From a bacterium (GTDB taxonomy: Bacteria > SAR324 > NAC60-12), in the NCBI GenBank assembly GCA_965209155.1, contig OZ242383.1:4194201-4258200 (forward strand): 64,000 nucleotides of DNA, read 5' to 3'. Each line of letters begins with the position of its first letter. Position 1 is the stretch's first letter. A program made the position numbers and the translations under genes. The notes under the pieces were generated by a model. The model saw only the letters and a program-made list of their open reading frames with translations. It had not been told where the DNA came from and did no database searches. Below, piece after piece: positions 28,089 through 37,884 of this stretch.

Positions 28089-29096
28089 CTACTCGAACGA
28101 TTCCTGCGCAGACAGCAATTGGTGGAGTCGTGTTCGCAAATCCCCTTGGAAGCGAGGTCCGAGTTGGCTGATGACCAAGGCCGCCATGGCCGCCGCAATT
28201 CTTCCGCTTTCCAGGATGTTCTTGTTTTGCGTGATTCCATATAAAAACCCGGCGGCAAAGGCGTCTCCCGCTCCCGTGCTGTCCACCACCGGCAAAGAAA
28301 AGGGGTCGACATAGGTGATCCGACCCCGGTGAGCAATCAAGGCGCCCCGGGAACCCATCGTCATGGCCACCGTTTCGACGTGTTCATTCAAGCGTTGCAA
28401 CGCATCCTGTGAAATCGCGCTCCCCGTCAAACCAAAGGCCTCTTCCTGGTTGCAAAACAACAACTCCACGCAGTCCCGGCACAGTTTATTGAATTCGACC
28501 GCATTACGTTCCACGCAAAAAGGGTCGGAGAGGCTGAGGGAAATCTTCACGCCATATTCCCTGGCTTGGTCGATGGTACGGAGGATTGCTTCTTTTTGCG
28601 CGTCCGTGTCCCAGAGATAGCCTTCGATGTACAGGATTTGAACCGCCTTCAGCAAATCCCGGGAAATATCGCGGAACTGAAAATTTTGCGAAATCCCCAA
28701 GTGCGTGTTCATGGTTCGCGAAGCATCATCCGTTACCAGGATGAGACTGCTCCCCGTCGCTCCTTCGCTTTCTCCCAAGGAGGGAACCACCTCCGCTTTG
28801 ACCAGCCTGGTCTTGTAAATCGTTCCGTATTCATCCCTGGCGATTTTCCCGCCAAAAACCGTGGCTCCTCCGAGTTGCGCCATTCCGATCATGCTGTTGG
28901 CGCAAGAACCACCGGGCGTGTACAAGACTTCCAGGTCGTTTTTCTTCAATTCTGAAAGGATCTTTTGCTGTCTTTCCAAATCGACCAGGTACATGCGGTT
29001 TTTCTCCAACCCCTGCGCATCCAGAAATTGATCGGGAACGTGAGCGAGCAAGTCGACCAGGGGATTGCCTATACCAAATACGTCGAATGTTTTCAT
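28089..29096 (-). CDS. PfkB-family carbohydrate/nucleoside kinase (adenosine kinase-like)
   Basis: ORF 28089..29168 trimmed to ATG at 29096 (MKTFDVFGIGNPLVDL); PfkB signature DSTGAGDAFAAGFLYG near C-terminus. Confidence 0.75.
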   Translation of the reverse strand: MKTFDVFGIGNPLVDLLAHVPDQFLDAQGLEKNRMYLVDLERQQKILSELKKNDLEVLYTPGGSCANSMIGMAQLGGATVFGGKIARDEYGTIYKTRLVKAEVVPSLGESEGATGSSLILVTDDASRTMNTHLGISQNFQFRDISRDLLKAVQILYIEGYLWDTDAQKEAILRTIDQAREYGVKISLSLSDPFCVERNAVEFNKLCRDCVELLFCNQEEAFGLTGSAISQDALQRLNEHVETVAMTMGSRGALIAHRGRITYVDPFSLPVVDSTGAGDAFAAGFLYGITQNKNILESGRIAAAMAALVISQLGPRFQGDLRTRLHQLLSAQESFE

Positions 29097-29204
29097 GGAT
29101 GGTTGAACCGGTATGTCTCGGGAATGGGATAGCGCATTACGGCAAGAGCCGGGAAGAACGGTACCCACCGATGCGCCGGGTTACCCTGCCGTCCCCGCGA
29201 GCGC

Positions 29205-30461
29205 TCAACCCGCCCTGGCCCGTCTGCCTGTGGATTTGTGCATGACCAGTTTGGGGGATGCTTTTTGAGAAATGGTCGATTCCGTCACCACGCATTCCTT
29301 GATATCCGGGTTCGATGGGATGTCATACATGATGTCGAGCATGATGTTTTCCAGGATGGAACGAAGTCCCCGGGCTCCTGTTTTTCGCTTGATGGCTTCC
29401 CGGGCGATCGCCTGGATCGCGTTTCGAGTGAAGGTCAACTCCGCATCCTCCAATTCAAAAAGTTTCTGGTACTGTTTCAAAATGGCATTTTTGGGCTCTT
29501 GAAGGATTTGAACCAGGTGGTGCTCTCCCAAGTCTTCCAGGGTGGTAATGACCGGCAAGCGTCCGATGAATTCGGGAATCAGTCCATATTTCAGCAAATC
29601 TTCGGGTTCCAGATGCTCGAAGGTTTCATAGTTGGATTGTCCTTTCGTGTTGGGAATCGACGCGCCGAAGCCGATGGAATGGTCTCCGATCCGTTTGTTG
29701 ATAATCGTGTCCAAACCAATAAAGGCCCCTCCACAGATGAAAAGGATATTGGTGGTGTCCACTTGCAGGTATTCTTGTTGGGGGTGTTTGCGCCCTCCCT
29801 GGGGAGGGATGTTGGACACCATGCCTTCTATGATTTTCAGCAAGGCTTGTTGCACTCCTTCGCCGGACACGTCCCGGGTGATGGAGGGGTTTTCGGTTTT
29901 ACGCGTGATTTTGTCGATTTCATCGATATAAACGATTCCTTGTTCCGCCCGTTCGATATCGTAATCGGCATTCTGCAGCAATTTGAGGATGATATTTTCG
30001 ACGTCCTCTCCCACGTAACCCGCCTCCGTCAAAGTCGTCGCATCGGCCATGGCGAAAGGCACGTTGAGAATCTTGGCCAGGGTTTGAGCTAACAACGTTT
30101 TCCCGGTACCCGTCGGACCAATGAGGAGAATGTTGCTTTTTTGCAGTTCGACGTCGTTTCTGTTGAAATTCGCCTGACAGCGTTTGTAATGGTTGTGGAC
30201 GGCAACGGCCAGCACTTTTTTCGCTTTTTCCTGTCCCACCACGTAGTTGTCCAGCACCGATTTGATCTCGACCGGAGTCATCAGGAGTTGACGACGGTCG
30301 ATGACCTGGTCCCGGTGCCATTCCTCTTCCATGATGTCGTTGCAAAGCTCGATACATTCGTCGCAAATGTAAACCGTCGGTCCGGCAATGATTTTCTTCA
30401 CTTCATCCTGGTTTTTTCCACAAAATGAACAGCGCAGGTGGTTGTCTTTTTGGTTTTTCAT
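29205..30461 (-). CDS. clpX: ATP-dependent Clp protease ATP-binding subunit ClpX
   Basis: ORF trimmed to ATG at 30461; N-terminal zinc-binding CSFCGK...CDECIELC, Walker [10 protein letters not shown], full-length similarity to ClpX; directly downstream of clpP. Confidence 0.95.
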   Translation of the reverse strand: MKNQKDNHLRCSFCGKNQDEVKKIIAGPTVYICDECIELCNDIMEEEWHRDQVIDRRQLLMTPVEIKSVLDNYVVGQEKAKKVLAVAVHNHYKRCQANFNRNDVELQKSNILLIGPTGTGKTLLAQTLAKILNVPFAMADATTLTEAGYVGEDVENIILKLLQNADYDIERAEQGIVYIDEIDKITRKTENPSITRDVSGEGVQQALLKIIEGMVSNIPPQGGRKHPQQEYLQVDTTNILFICGGAFIGLDTIINKRIGDHSIGFGASIPNTKGQSNYETFEHLEPEDLLKYGLIPEFIGRLPVITTLEDLGEHHLVQILQEPKNAILKQYQKLFELEDAELTFTRNAIQAIAREAIKRKTGARGLRSILENIMLDIMYDIPSNPDIKECVVTESTISQKASPKLVMHKSTGRRARAG

Positions 30462-30499
30462 AAATCGAATTTCCTTTCCACGCATTCGCGGAGATCAGT

Positions 30500-31102
30500 T
30501 CAATCCTTATTCCTCGGAATATCCCGGCTCACCATGACCGCGTCGACCAGGCCATAAGATCTGGCTTCTTCGCTGGAGAAATAATAATCACGCATGGTAT
30601 CGCTTTCAATTTCCCTCAGGGTCTTGTCGGTATGCCTGGCCAGGACTTCGTTCACCGTCGTTTTCAAGCGTATCATTTCTTTGGCTTGAATGTCGATATC
30701 TTCCGCCTGCCCCGAAAATCCCCCGGTGAGTTGGTGGATCATGATTCGCGCATGGGGCAACGCATACCGCTTGCCTCGCGTACCCGCCGCCAGGAGAATC
30801 GCTCCCATGCTCGCCGCTTGTCCCAAGCAAATGGTCTGGATGTCCGGCCTAAGATATTGCATCGTGTCATAAATGGCAAGCCCGGCGGTGACGAATCCCC
30901 CCGGACAATTGATGTAGAGAAAAACGTCACTTTCCGGATCTTCCGCTTCCAGAAAAAGCAACTGGGCGATCATCAGGTTGGCGATGTTGTCATCCACGGG
31001 CGTCCCCAGGAAGATGATACGATCTTTCAGCAAACGCGAATAAATATCATAAGCGCGTTCGCCACGATTCGTTTGTTCCACCACCATCGGCACTAAAGAC
31101 AT
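30500..31102 (-). CDS. clpP: ATP-dependent Clp protease proteolytic subunit ClpP
   Basis: 200 aa; close match throughout to canonical ClpP ([28 protein letters not shown] catalytic Ser region, HQ motif). Confidence 0.95.
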   Translation of the reverse strand: MSLVPMVVEQTNRGERAYDIYSRLLKDRIIFLGTPVDDNIANLMIAQLLFLEAEDPESDVFLYINCPGGFVTAGLAIYDTMQYLRPDIQTICLGQAASMGAILLAAGTRGKRYALPHARIMIHQLTGGFSGQAEDIDIQAKEMIRLKTTVNEVLARHTDKTLREIESDTMRDYYFSSEEARSYGLVDAVMVSRDIPRNKD

Positions 31103-31123
31103 AGGGTTTTCTCCTTCCCGGTT

Positions 31124-32386
31124 TTACTCCGCAGACCGTCCCTGAAGACGATCGACTATGAAATCGAGCACTTGCTCTTCGGAAATCTGTTGATAGATTT
31201 GACGATAAAAATAAGGACCGACCGCACTTTCGAAGAATTCATTGGGATGGACCCCCCAAAGCTGCGCCATTGCCGTGTATCGCTTGGCAACCGCCTCTTC
31301 ATCGGGTTGCAAAGACTCCGCCATGGCGATGTTTTGAAGGATATACTCCGTGCGCAACTGCTTTTTGTAACGATCCAATTCCTCCTCTTCCGATTCCCTC
31401 GGCTTCGCTTCGTCGTCCTCCTTCTCCGACTTGCGCCGCTCCTTTTCGATATCTTTTTTCCGGTTCTCGATCAATTGTTCCGGCAATTCGAATTCATCAT
31501 AACACTCGAGCAATTGCTTTTTCAATTCCTGGTGATTCGTAAAACGCCATGCACTCGCCTTTTCTTCTTTCATATTATTGATCACGTACTGTCGGAATTC
31601 TTCTTCATTTTCCGAGTCTTCAAAGCGCCTGAAAAAGTCGGCATTCAATTCCGGAAGGATCACCTTTTCCACTTTTTTCAAGGTCACATCAAAACTGGCA
31701 GTTTCTCCGATATGTTCCGGCGTGGAGTCATCGGTGATTTCAAACGAGAAAGTCTTGCGTTCCCCGGACTTCATGCCAATCACATTGTTTTTGAATTCGT
31801 GTACGGCGGATTCATTCAGTTTGAGCGTGAGATCTTTTTCTTCCCTGATTTCATCTCCAATCTTCCGGGTCATGTCGAATGTGATCTGGTCTCCTTCTTC
31901 CGCTGTGCTGTCTTCGGGTTTGGTTTCATAAATGCTGTGGGCGTCTCGCAAATCGGCAATCGATTTCTCTATTTCTCCAGGTTCCAGGACGATCTCCTGC
32001 TTCTCCAGTTGCAGTTTTTTATAATCGACGATTTCGAGTGCGGGTTGCACTTCGAAGGTCAATTTGAAATTCATTGGTTTTTTCGCGGCAAATGACAGGT
32101 CTGAAATGATTGCCTGCGTTGCCGGGTGCAGCTTCATTTCGTCGACAACCTGGTTGAAGTATCGTGGGATCACATTTTCCCGCGCTTCCACGGCCATTTG
32201 TTCGCTGAAGCGTTTCAAAAGCCATCCCTTGGGGAATTTTCCAGGACGGAACCCACGCAGGGTGACGGTTTTCAATTGGGAAAAAACCTCGTCATAAGAG
32301 GGCTTTATCTCCTCAAAGGGAATCTCGATGACGAGTTCTCGTTTCAGTTTTCCTAAATCGTTCAGCGTTTTGGTCATACCTTTCAC
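31124..32386 (-). CDS. tig: Trigger factor
   Basis: 420 aa; ribosome-binding N-terminal region with GFRPGK motif; classic tig-clpP-clpX gene order. Confidence 0.85.
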   Translation of the reverse strand: MKGMTKTLNDLGKLKRELVIEIPFEEIKPSYDEVFSQLKTVTLRGFRPGKFPKGWLLKRFSEQMAVEARENVIPRYFNQVVDEMKLHPATQAIISDLSFAAKKPMNFKLTFEVQPALEIVDYKKLQLEKQEIVLEPGEIEKSIADLRDAHSIYETKPEDSTAEEGDQITFDMTRKIGDEIREEKDLTLKLNESAVHEFKNNVIGMKSGERKTFSFEITDDSTPEHIGETASFDVTLKKVEKVILPELNADFFRRFEDSENEEEFRQYVINNMKEEKASAWRFTNHQELKKQLLECYDEFELPEQLIENRKKDIEKERRKSEKEDDEAKPRESEEEELDRYKKQLRTEYILQNIAMAESLQPDEEAVAKRYTAMAQLWGVHPNEFFESAVGPYFYRQIYQQISEEQVLDFIVDRLQGRSAE

Positions 32387-32648
32387 TGGGAGAATAGAGT
32401 CTGGCGCGTTATCCTCTCGGACCAGGCCTCGGAATTAATTATAATGATAATTGCTCCAAAAAATGCATTAAGCTAACACGAACTCGACAAACTGCCAAAC
32501 AGAACTGCGTTTCTTCATTATTTATTGCTTTGCATCGCTGGTGAGGATCGGTTATATTTTTACCAACACCGACGTGGCAAGGATCCCGTCGGGAGCGGAG
32601 CTTTCTAATCGTGGAAAAACGCGTCACGCGTAACAAGGGGATGGTTGT

Positions 32649-33125
32649 ATGAAACTCGATACGCGAGAATTGAGAAACACGCTGGGGTGTTTTGCTACGG
32701 GCGTAACCATCGTCACCACCGCCCCGGAAGGCCTTGACCCGATCGGAATCACGGCCAATTCCTTCGCCTCCGTCTCATTGGAACCTCCCCTCGTTTTGTG
32801 GAGCCTGGCGCGGGATTCGTCCTCTTACGAGACCTTTGCGATCGCCACCCACTACACGGTCAATATCCTCCGTGAATCCCAAGTGGCGCTATCCGTCCGA
32901 TTCGCGGATCCCGACAACCACCGTCACCTCAACGGACTTTCCTGGCGATATGGAGAGAACGGATGTCCGACCATACCGGGTTCTCTGGCTACCCTCGAAT
33001 GCGAAATCCGCACGCGTATTGATGGGGGAGATCACGTGATCCTGCTGGGACGGGTGTTACGATTTGAACAGGGAGAAGGCAAGCCCTTGCTGTTCGCGCA
33101 AGGTAAATATGCCAACCTGGCGTAG
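32649..33125 (+). CDS. Flavin reductase family protein (FMN-binding split barrel)
   Basis: 158 aa; GCFATGVTIVTT...PPLVLWSL pattern typical of HpaC-like flavin reductases. Confidence 0.75.
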   Translation: MKLDTRELRNTLGCFATGVTIVTTAPEGLDPIGITANSFASVSLEPPLVLWSLARDSSSYETFAIATHYTVNILRESQVALSVRFADPDNHRHLNGLSWRYGENGCPTIPGSLATLECEIRTRIDGGDHVILLGRVLRFEQGEGKPLLFAQGKYANLA

Positions 33126-33155
33126 GGATGGACGACTCTCCAACCCTCGAAGATT

Positions 33156-33617
33156 TCAATCGCCATCATAACCGTGACGACGGGCGTTGTCCAAACAGGC
33201 TTCCCGGGTGGGAAAACCGGTATGAGAAGACCCGACAATCTGGTCATCCAGGTCGGATCGACGCCAGCGCCATTTCTGCGAAGTGTCCTGGTAAAAATTC
33301 CAATGATCCCGGAAAGAGATGCCTTCTTTTCTGAACTGGTTGATGGCTTTACCGAAATGCTGGCTCAAATCTTCCCATGCTTCTTCAAAACTGCTGGCTA
33401 TTTCCTGCCATGCGGCCTTGCTTCCGATTTTTTCCAGGCTTCCTCGAGCCGTTTCCCATTTATTCTCCAGGACGGACAAATCCTTCTTCACCCGTTCCTG
33501 GGCCTCCGTCAACATGGTCTGGGAAATCACGGTCAATTTTCCTATCCGCTCCTTCATGTTGTGCAAGACCGTTTCTTTTTCCTTTTTAATTTTATCTTTT
33601 GCTTCGTGCTCACTCAT
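33156..33617 (-). CDS. Coiled-coil protein with C-terminal YegP/DUF1508-like domain
   Basis: 153 aa; C-terminal WNFYQDTSQKWRWRRSDLDDQIVGSSHTGFPTREACLDNARRHG resembles the YegP (UPF0339) repeat. Confidence 0.5.
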   Translation of the reverse strand: MSEHEAKDKIKKEKETVLHNMKERIGKLTVISQTMLTEAQERVKKDLSVLENKWETARGSLEKIGSKAAWQEIASSFEEAWEDLSQHFGKAINQFRKEGISFRDHWNFYQDTSQKWRWRRSDLDDQIVGSSHTGFPTREACLDNARRHGYDGD

Positions 33618-33853
33618 AAATGCTCCTGGTTCTGATGATTATCCGAGAATCCCGTTTTTTCAACGAATGCTGACATTTTATCAAATCCCCTGGGAATTCC
33701 AAGCATGAACTTCATAAGAACGGAGACGCTTCATGGACCAATGCCGAATGCTCTTCCTGAAATCGGTTACCTCGCCTTGTCCTCCCATCAGCACGGTCGT
33801 TCTGTCCTCCCATCGCGAACCTCTCCTTGTGCTCCCATCGGCATCGTCGCCTT

Positions 33854-34075
33854 GTCATTCCTGGCTTGACCAGGAATCCAGTGTTGGTAAGGATTTCCTG
33901 GATTCCGGGTCTGCGCCAGGAATGACACACTCCTGGATTCCCGATTGCAGGGGCCAGGACATTTTCGTTCCCCTGGATTCCGGGTCTGGGCCAGGAATGA
34001 CTCACTCTTAGATTCCTGGTCTGCGCCAGGAATGACTCACTCTTGGATTCCGGGTCTGGGCCAGGAATGATACTC
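33854..34075. repeat. Tandem array of REP-like hairpin units (about 6 units, mixed orientation)
   Basis: Units such as GTCATTCCTGGCTTGACCAGGAATCCAG and CTGGATTCCGGGTCTGCGCCAGGAATGAC. Confidence 0.8.
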
Positions 34076-34094
34076 TCCCGAAAACGTCCTTTAC

Positions 34095-34913
34095 TCAGCT
34101 TTTTTCCCGGGTCACCCGGATAAAAGGTTGTACCAGCAATCCGGGTAATTTCAGGGAACCGGGTTCACGGAACTCTTTCAGCCCGATGCTCATTCCTTCA
34201 TGACCCGCTTCCGGTTGATCCCGGTAGGTGCCGAACAAACGGTCCCACCATGGAAAATTGAATCCATAGTTGCTGTCGGTCTCGTATGGAACGACGGAGT
34301 GATGAACCCGGTGCATGTCCGGAGTGACAATGAATTTCCGCGCGATACGATCCACGTTCAATGGAAGAAAGAAGTTGCTGTGATTGAACATGGAGGAGCC
34401 ATTGAGCAGGATTTCAAAAATCAAGACGGCCAGGACCGGGGCGCCGATGAGAATTATCGCCACTATTTTGATCAACAGGGAAAGCAATATTTCAAAGGGA
34501 TGGAAACGCACTCCCGTCGTCAAATCAAAATTCAAATCCGTATGGTGGACCCGGTGCAGTCTCCAACAAAGCGGTATTTTGTGGAAGAGCACGTGCTGCC
34601 CATAGATCAAAAAATCCAGGAAAAGAATAGCAACCACAATTTTGATGGGTTCCGCTGCCTCCACTTGTTGCAGGAGACCCCACTGCCGCTGTTCGGCAAG
34701 GTGGGCGACCACAACGGGAGTGATCCAACCCAGAAACCAGACCAACAATGCGTTCAACAGCGTCAATCCCAGGTTGCTGCGCCAACGGGATGCTTTGGAA
34801 ACCGTCGGAACCAGGCGAGGCTTCAGTAATTCACCGAGGGCCAGTATGAAAAAAAGCCCCAAAAAGCAGCCCAGGCGGATTGCGCTTTGATGGTCCGTGA
34901 TATAGATTTCCAC
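34095..34913 (-). CDS. Fatty acid hydroxylase / sterol desaturase family membrane protein
   Basis: 272 aa; histidine boxes (HRVHH and HRVHHS) in a membrane protein. Confidence 0.75.
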   Translation of the reverse strand: MEIYITDHQSAIRLGCFLGLFFILALGELLKPRLVPTVSKASRWRSNLGLTLLNALLVWFLGWITPVVVAHLAEQRQWGLLQQVEAAEPIKIVVAILFLDFLIYGQHVLFHKIPLCWRLHRVHHTDLNFDLTTGVRFHPFEILLSLLIKIVAIILIGAPVLAVLIFEILLNGSSMFNHSNFFLPLNVDRIARKFIVTPDMHRVHHSVVPYETDSNYGFNFPWWDRLFGTYRDQPEAGHEGMSIGLKEFREPGSLKLPGLLVQPFIRVTREKS

Positions 34914-35168
34914 TGCGTTCTTTTCAATTTGGCAAGAATGTCGATGAATACTAAATATCGAACCGATCCACCTTTGTCAAAATCCACCCCTGTGGAGAAT
35001 CGACTCGATTGGCTACTTCGTATTTCTTCATGATAGCATTTCCACTCAGAATTGTCGCAAGAGTGATGATCTGGAAAATTTTCTTGAATTTTTTTTAAAA
35101 ATCACCAATAGTAATTCTTCTAAATTCTAATCTCGAACTCGGGTTAAATACATAGGAATCGACGAAAA

Positions 35169-36617
35169 ATGGTAGGAATCACTTCGTTTGGCGGTTACAT
35201 CCCCCGTCTCCGTTTGACGCGCAAATCCATCGTGGACGCGCACTTGTGGTCGGACCCTTCGCTCCGTGGTAAAGCCAGGGATGAACGTTCCATGTGCAAT
35301 TGGGACGAGGATTCGGTGACGATGGGTGTGGAAGCGGCCCGTGATTGTTTGTCGACAGGAGTGGCAAATCCCGATGCGATTTATTTCGCCTCGACCAGTA
35401 TGCCTTTCCAGGACCGGCAAAATGCGGGAATCCTGGTAGAGGCTTTGACTCTTGGAGAAAATATGGCCTCCCTGGACGTGACGGCTTCCCAACGGGCAGG
35501 CACTTCGGCCTTGATGCAAGCGCTCGCTGCCGTGAAAGGGGAAACCTACCGCAACATTATGGTAGTCGCTTCGGAACACAGGAAAACCAAAGCAGCCAGT
35601 CCCCAGGAGTTGACCTTCGGAGATGGAGCGGCTGCCGTCACCGCAGGCCATGAACGGGTCCTCCTCGAATACGTGGGTGGGCATTCCACCACGGTTGATT
35701 TCGTAGACCATTTCCGTGGAGAAGGGCAATCTTACGACTATGCCTGGGAAGAGCGCTGGATCCGGGACGAAGGGTACGGAAAACTCATACCCCGCGCCAT
35801 CGACGAAGCACTGGCCAAAACCAATTTAACGTCCTCCGCTGTCTCTCGTTTCGTCCTTCCCGGCGCCATCCGCCGCGCGGTGGACTCGGTCGCCAGAAAG
35901 ACGGGCATTTCCATGGAATCCGTTTGTGACAACTTGAGCAAAACTTGTGGAGACACCGGGGTGGCGCATCCCTTTCTCATGCTTTTACATGCCCTCGAAG
36001 AGGACCTTCAAGCAGGCGAAATCATTATGGTTGTTGGGTTTGGCCAGGGCTGTGACGTGTTGATTTTCCGGGTCAGTGAACACCTCGCTTCCTTTCAAAA
36101 AGCAGGAGGCATTCAAGCTTCCCTCTTGAATCGCCAGCAAGAGAACAACTACCAACGCTTCCTGGCTTTCAACGGATTGATTGCCCTGGAAAAAGGTATG
36201 AGGGCGGAGCGGGACAATAAAACCGCCTTGAGCGTACTCTACCGCAAACGGGATATGCTCCTCGGACTGACAGGCGGCCTCTGCTCAAAATGCGGCACTC
36301 CTCAATTTCCGCGCAGCGAAGTCTGCGTGAATCCGGATTGTAACGCGCCGCATTGTCAGGAACCCTACAGTTTCGTCAATGAAACCGCCACCATCCAAAG
36401 TTGGTCTGCGGACTATTTGACCTATACCATCGATCCCCCCTCTCATTATGGTATGATAGTGTTTGACAAAGGCGGGCGATTTATGACAGATTTTACGGAT
36501 GTTCAGGTGGGTGAAGTCGAAGTCGGTATGCCAGTCAGGATGGTTTTCAGAATCAAAGGTTTTGACGAACGCCGGAATTTTGTAAGTTACTTCTGGAAAG
36601 CGGTACCAATCCGTTAA
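35169..36617 (+). CDS. HMG-CoA synthase-like (thiolase-fold) protein fused to DUF35 zinc-ribbon/OB-fold domain
   Basis: 482 aa; N-terminus MVGITSFGGYIPRLRL resembles archaeal-type HMG-CoA synthases; C-terminus has Cys4 ribbon (CSKCGTPQF...CVNPDC) followed by an OB-fold-like region. Confidence 0.7.
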   Translation: MVGITSFGGYIPRLRLTRKSIVDAHLWSDPSLRGKARDERSMCNWDEDSVTMGVEAARDCLSTGVANPDAIYFASTSMPFQDRQNAGILVEALTLGENMASLDVTASQRAGTSALMQALAAVKGETYRNIMVVASEHRKTKAASPQELTFGDGAAAVTAGHERVLLEYVGGHSTTVDFVDHFRGEGQSYDYAWEERWIRDEGYGKLIPRAIDEALAKTNLTSSAVSRFVLPGAIRRAVDSVARKTGISMESVCDNLSKTCGDTGVAHPFLMLLHALEEDLQAGEIIMVVGFGQGCDVLIFRVSEHLASFQKAGGIQASLLNRQQENNYQRFLAFNGLIALEKGMRAERDNKTALSVLYRKRDMLLGLTGGLCSKCGTPQFPRSEVCVNPDCNAPHCQEPYSFVNETATIQSWSADYLTYTIDPPSHYGMIVFDKGGRFMTDFTDVQVGEVEVGMPVRMVFRIKGFDERRNFVSYFWKAVPIR

Positions 36618-36644
36618 TTGATCATCATTGAAAAAGGAGAAAAA

Positions 36645-37841
36645 ATGGCAAGTGGAATAAAAGACAAAGTGGCCATCCTGGGGATGGGATGTTCAAAATT
36701 TGGAGAGCGCTGGGACGCAGGAGCGGATGAATTGATGGTGGAGGCATACCTGGAAGCTATCTCGGATGCGGGGATCGAAACCTCGCAACTGGATGCCGCC
36801 TGGTTTTCCACTGCCATTGAAGACGTGCATGTCGGTAAATCCGGCCTGCCGCTTTCCATGGCGCTCCGGTTGCCCAATATTGCCGTGACCCGCGTGGAAA
36901 ATTTTTGCGCCAGCGGATCGGAGGCCTTCCGGGGCGCGGTCTATGCGGTGGCTTGCGGGGCAGCGGACATCGCCCTTGCCCTCGGAGTCGAAAAACTGAA
37001 GGATACCGGTTATGGAGGATTGCCTGCCAGTGGAACCGGCACGCTCTCCCCCCAGTGGCAAGCCACGGGTTCCGCCCCGGGGAATTTTGCTCAATTGGCC
37101 AGCGCTTATCGAGCAAAACACGGAGTGAAGAAAGAAGATCTCAAGCAAGCCATCGCCCATGTCTCGGTGAAGAGTCATGCCAATGGCGCAAAAAATCCGA
37201 AAGCGCATTTACGGAAAGAGATCACGGAAGAACAAGCAATCAACGCTCCGATGATCGCCGAGCCCCTGGGGCTCTTTGATTGTTGCGGGGTCAGCGATGG
37301 CGCGGCGGCGGCAATTGTCACCACTCCCGACATCGCCCGTAGTCTGGGAAAAGAAAATATCATCACCGTGAAGGCCCTGCAACTCGCTTTGTCCAGTGGA
37401 AGTGAAACGGGTCACAATTCCTGGGATGGCAGTTATTTTCATACCACCCGGATTGCGGCGAAAAAAGCATACGAGGAAGCCGGGATTGAAAATCCTCGTG
37501 AAGAAATCGACATGTTCGAAGTACACGATTGCTTTTCCATCACCGAAATGGTGACCATGGAAGACCTTTATATTTCCCCGGAAGGCGGAGCGATCAAAGA
37601 TGTGATGGAGGGATTCTATGATGCGGACGGCCAAATCCCCTGCCAGATAGACGGTGGGTTGAAGTGTTTCGGTCATCCTATTGGAGCTTCCGGCCTGCGC
37701 ATGCTTTATGAAATGTATTTGCAACTCAATGGTCGCGCCGGGAAACGTCAATTGGCCAGTCCTGCGATGGGACTGACGCACAATTTAGGGGGTGCGCCCC
37801 ACCAGAACGTGGCAGCGATTTGCATTATCGGCGCAAGCTGA
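36645..37841 (+). CDS. Thiolase family protein (SCP-x type / DUF35-associated acetyl-CoA acetyltransferase-like)
   Basis: ORF trimmed to ATG at 36645 (GGAG SD); N-terminus KDKVAILGMGCSKFGERW and C-terminal GHPIGASGLRMLYE thiolase signatures. Confidence 0.8.
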   Translation: MASGIKDKVAILGMGCSKFGERWDAGADELMVEAYLEAISDAGIETSQLDAAWFSTAIEDVHVGKSGLPLSMALRLPNIAVTRVENFCASGSEAFRGAVYAVACGAADIALALGVEKLKDTGYGGLPASGTGTLSPQWQATGSAPGNFAQLASAYRAKHGVKKEDLKQAIAHVSVKSHANGAKNPKAHLRKEITEEQAINAPMIAEPLGLFDCCGVSDGAAAAIVTTPDIARSLGKENIITVKALQLALSSGSETGHNSWDGSYFHTTRIAAKKAYEEAGIENPREEIDMFEVHDCFSITEMVTMEDLYISPEGGAIKDVMEGFYDADGQIPCQIDGGLKCFGHPIGASGLRMLYEMYLQLNGRAGKRQLASPAMGLTHNLGGAPHQNVAAICIIGAS

Positions 37842-37884
37842 TTCCTGCAATTCAGTTCCTGGTTACCGATTAATTCGAGACATC

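Noticed and set aside
29238-30092. 284-aa plus-strand ORF
   Set aside because: Entirely antisense to clpX, which is supported by strong full-length similarity; shadow ORF.
31172-32095. 307-aa plus-strand ORF
   Set aside because: Antisense to trigger factor; hydrophobic low-complexity translation typical of a shadow frame.
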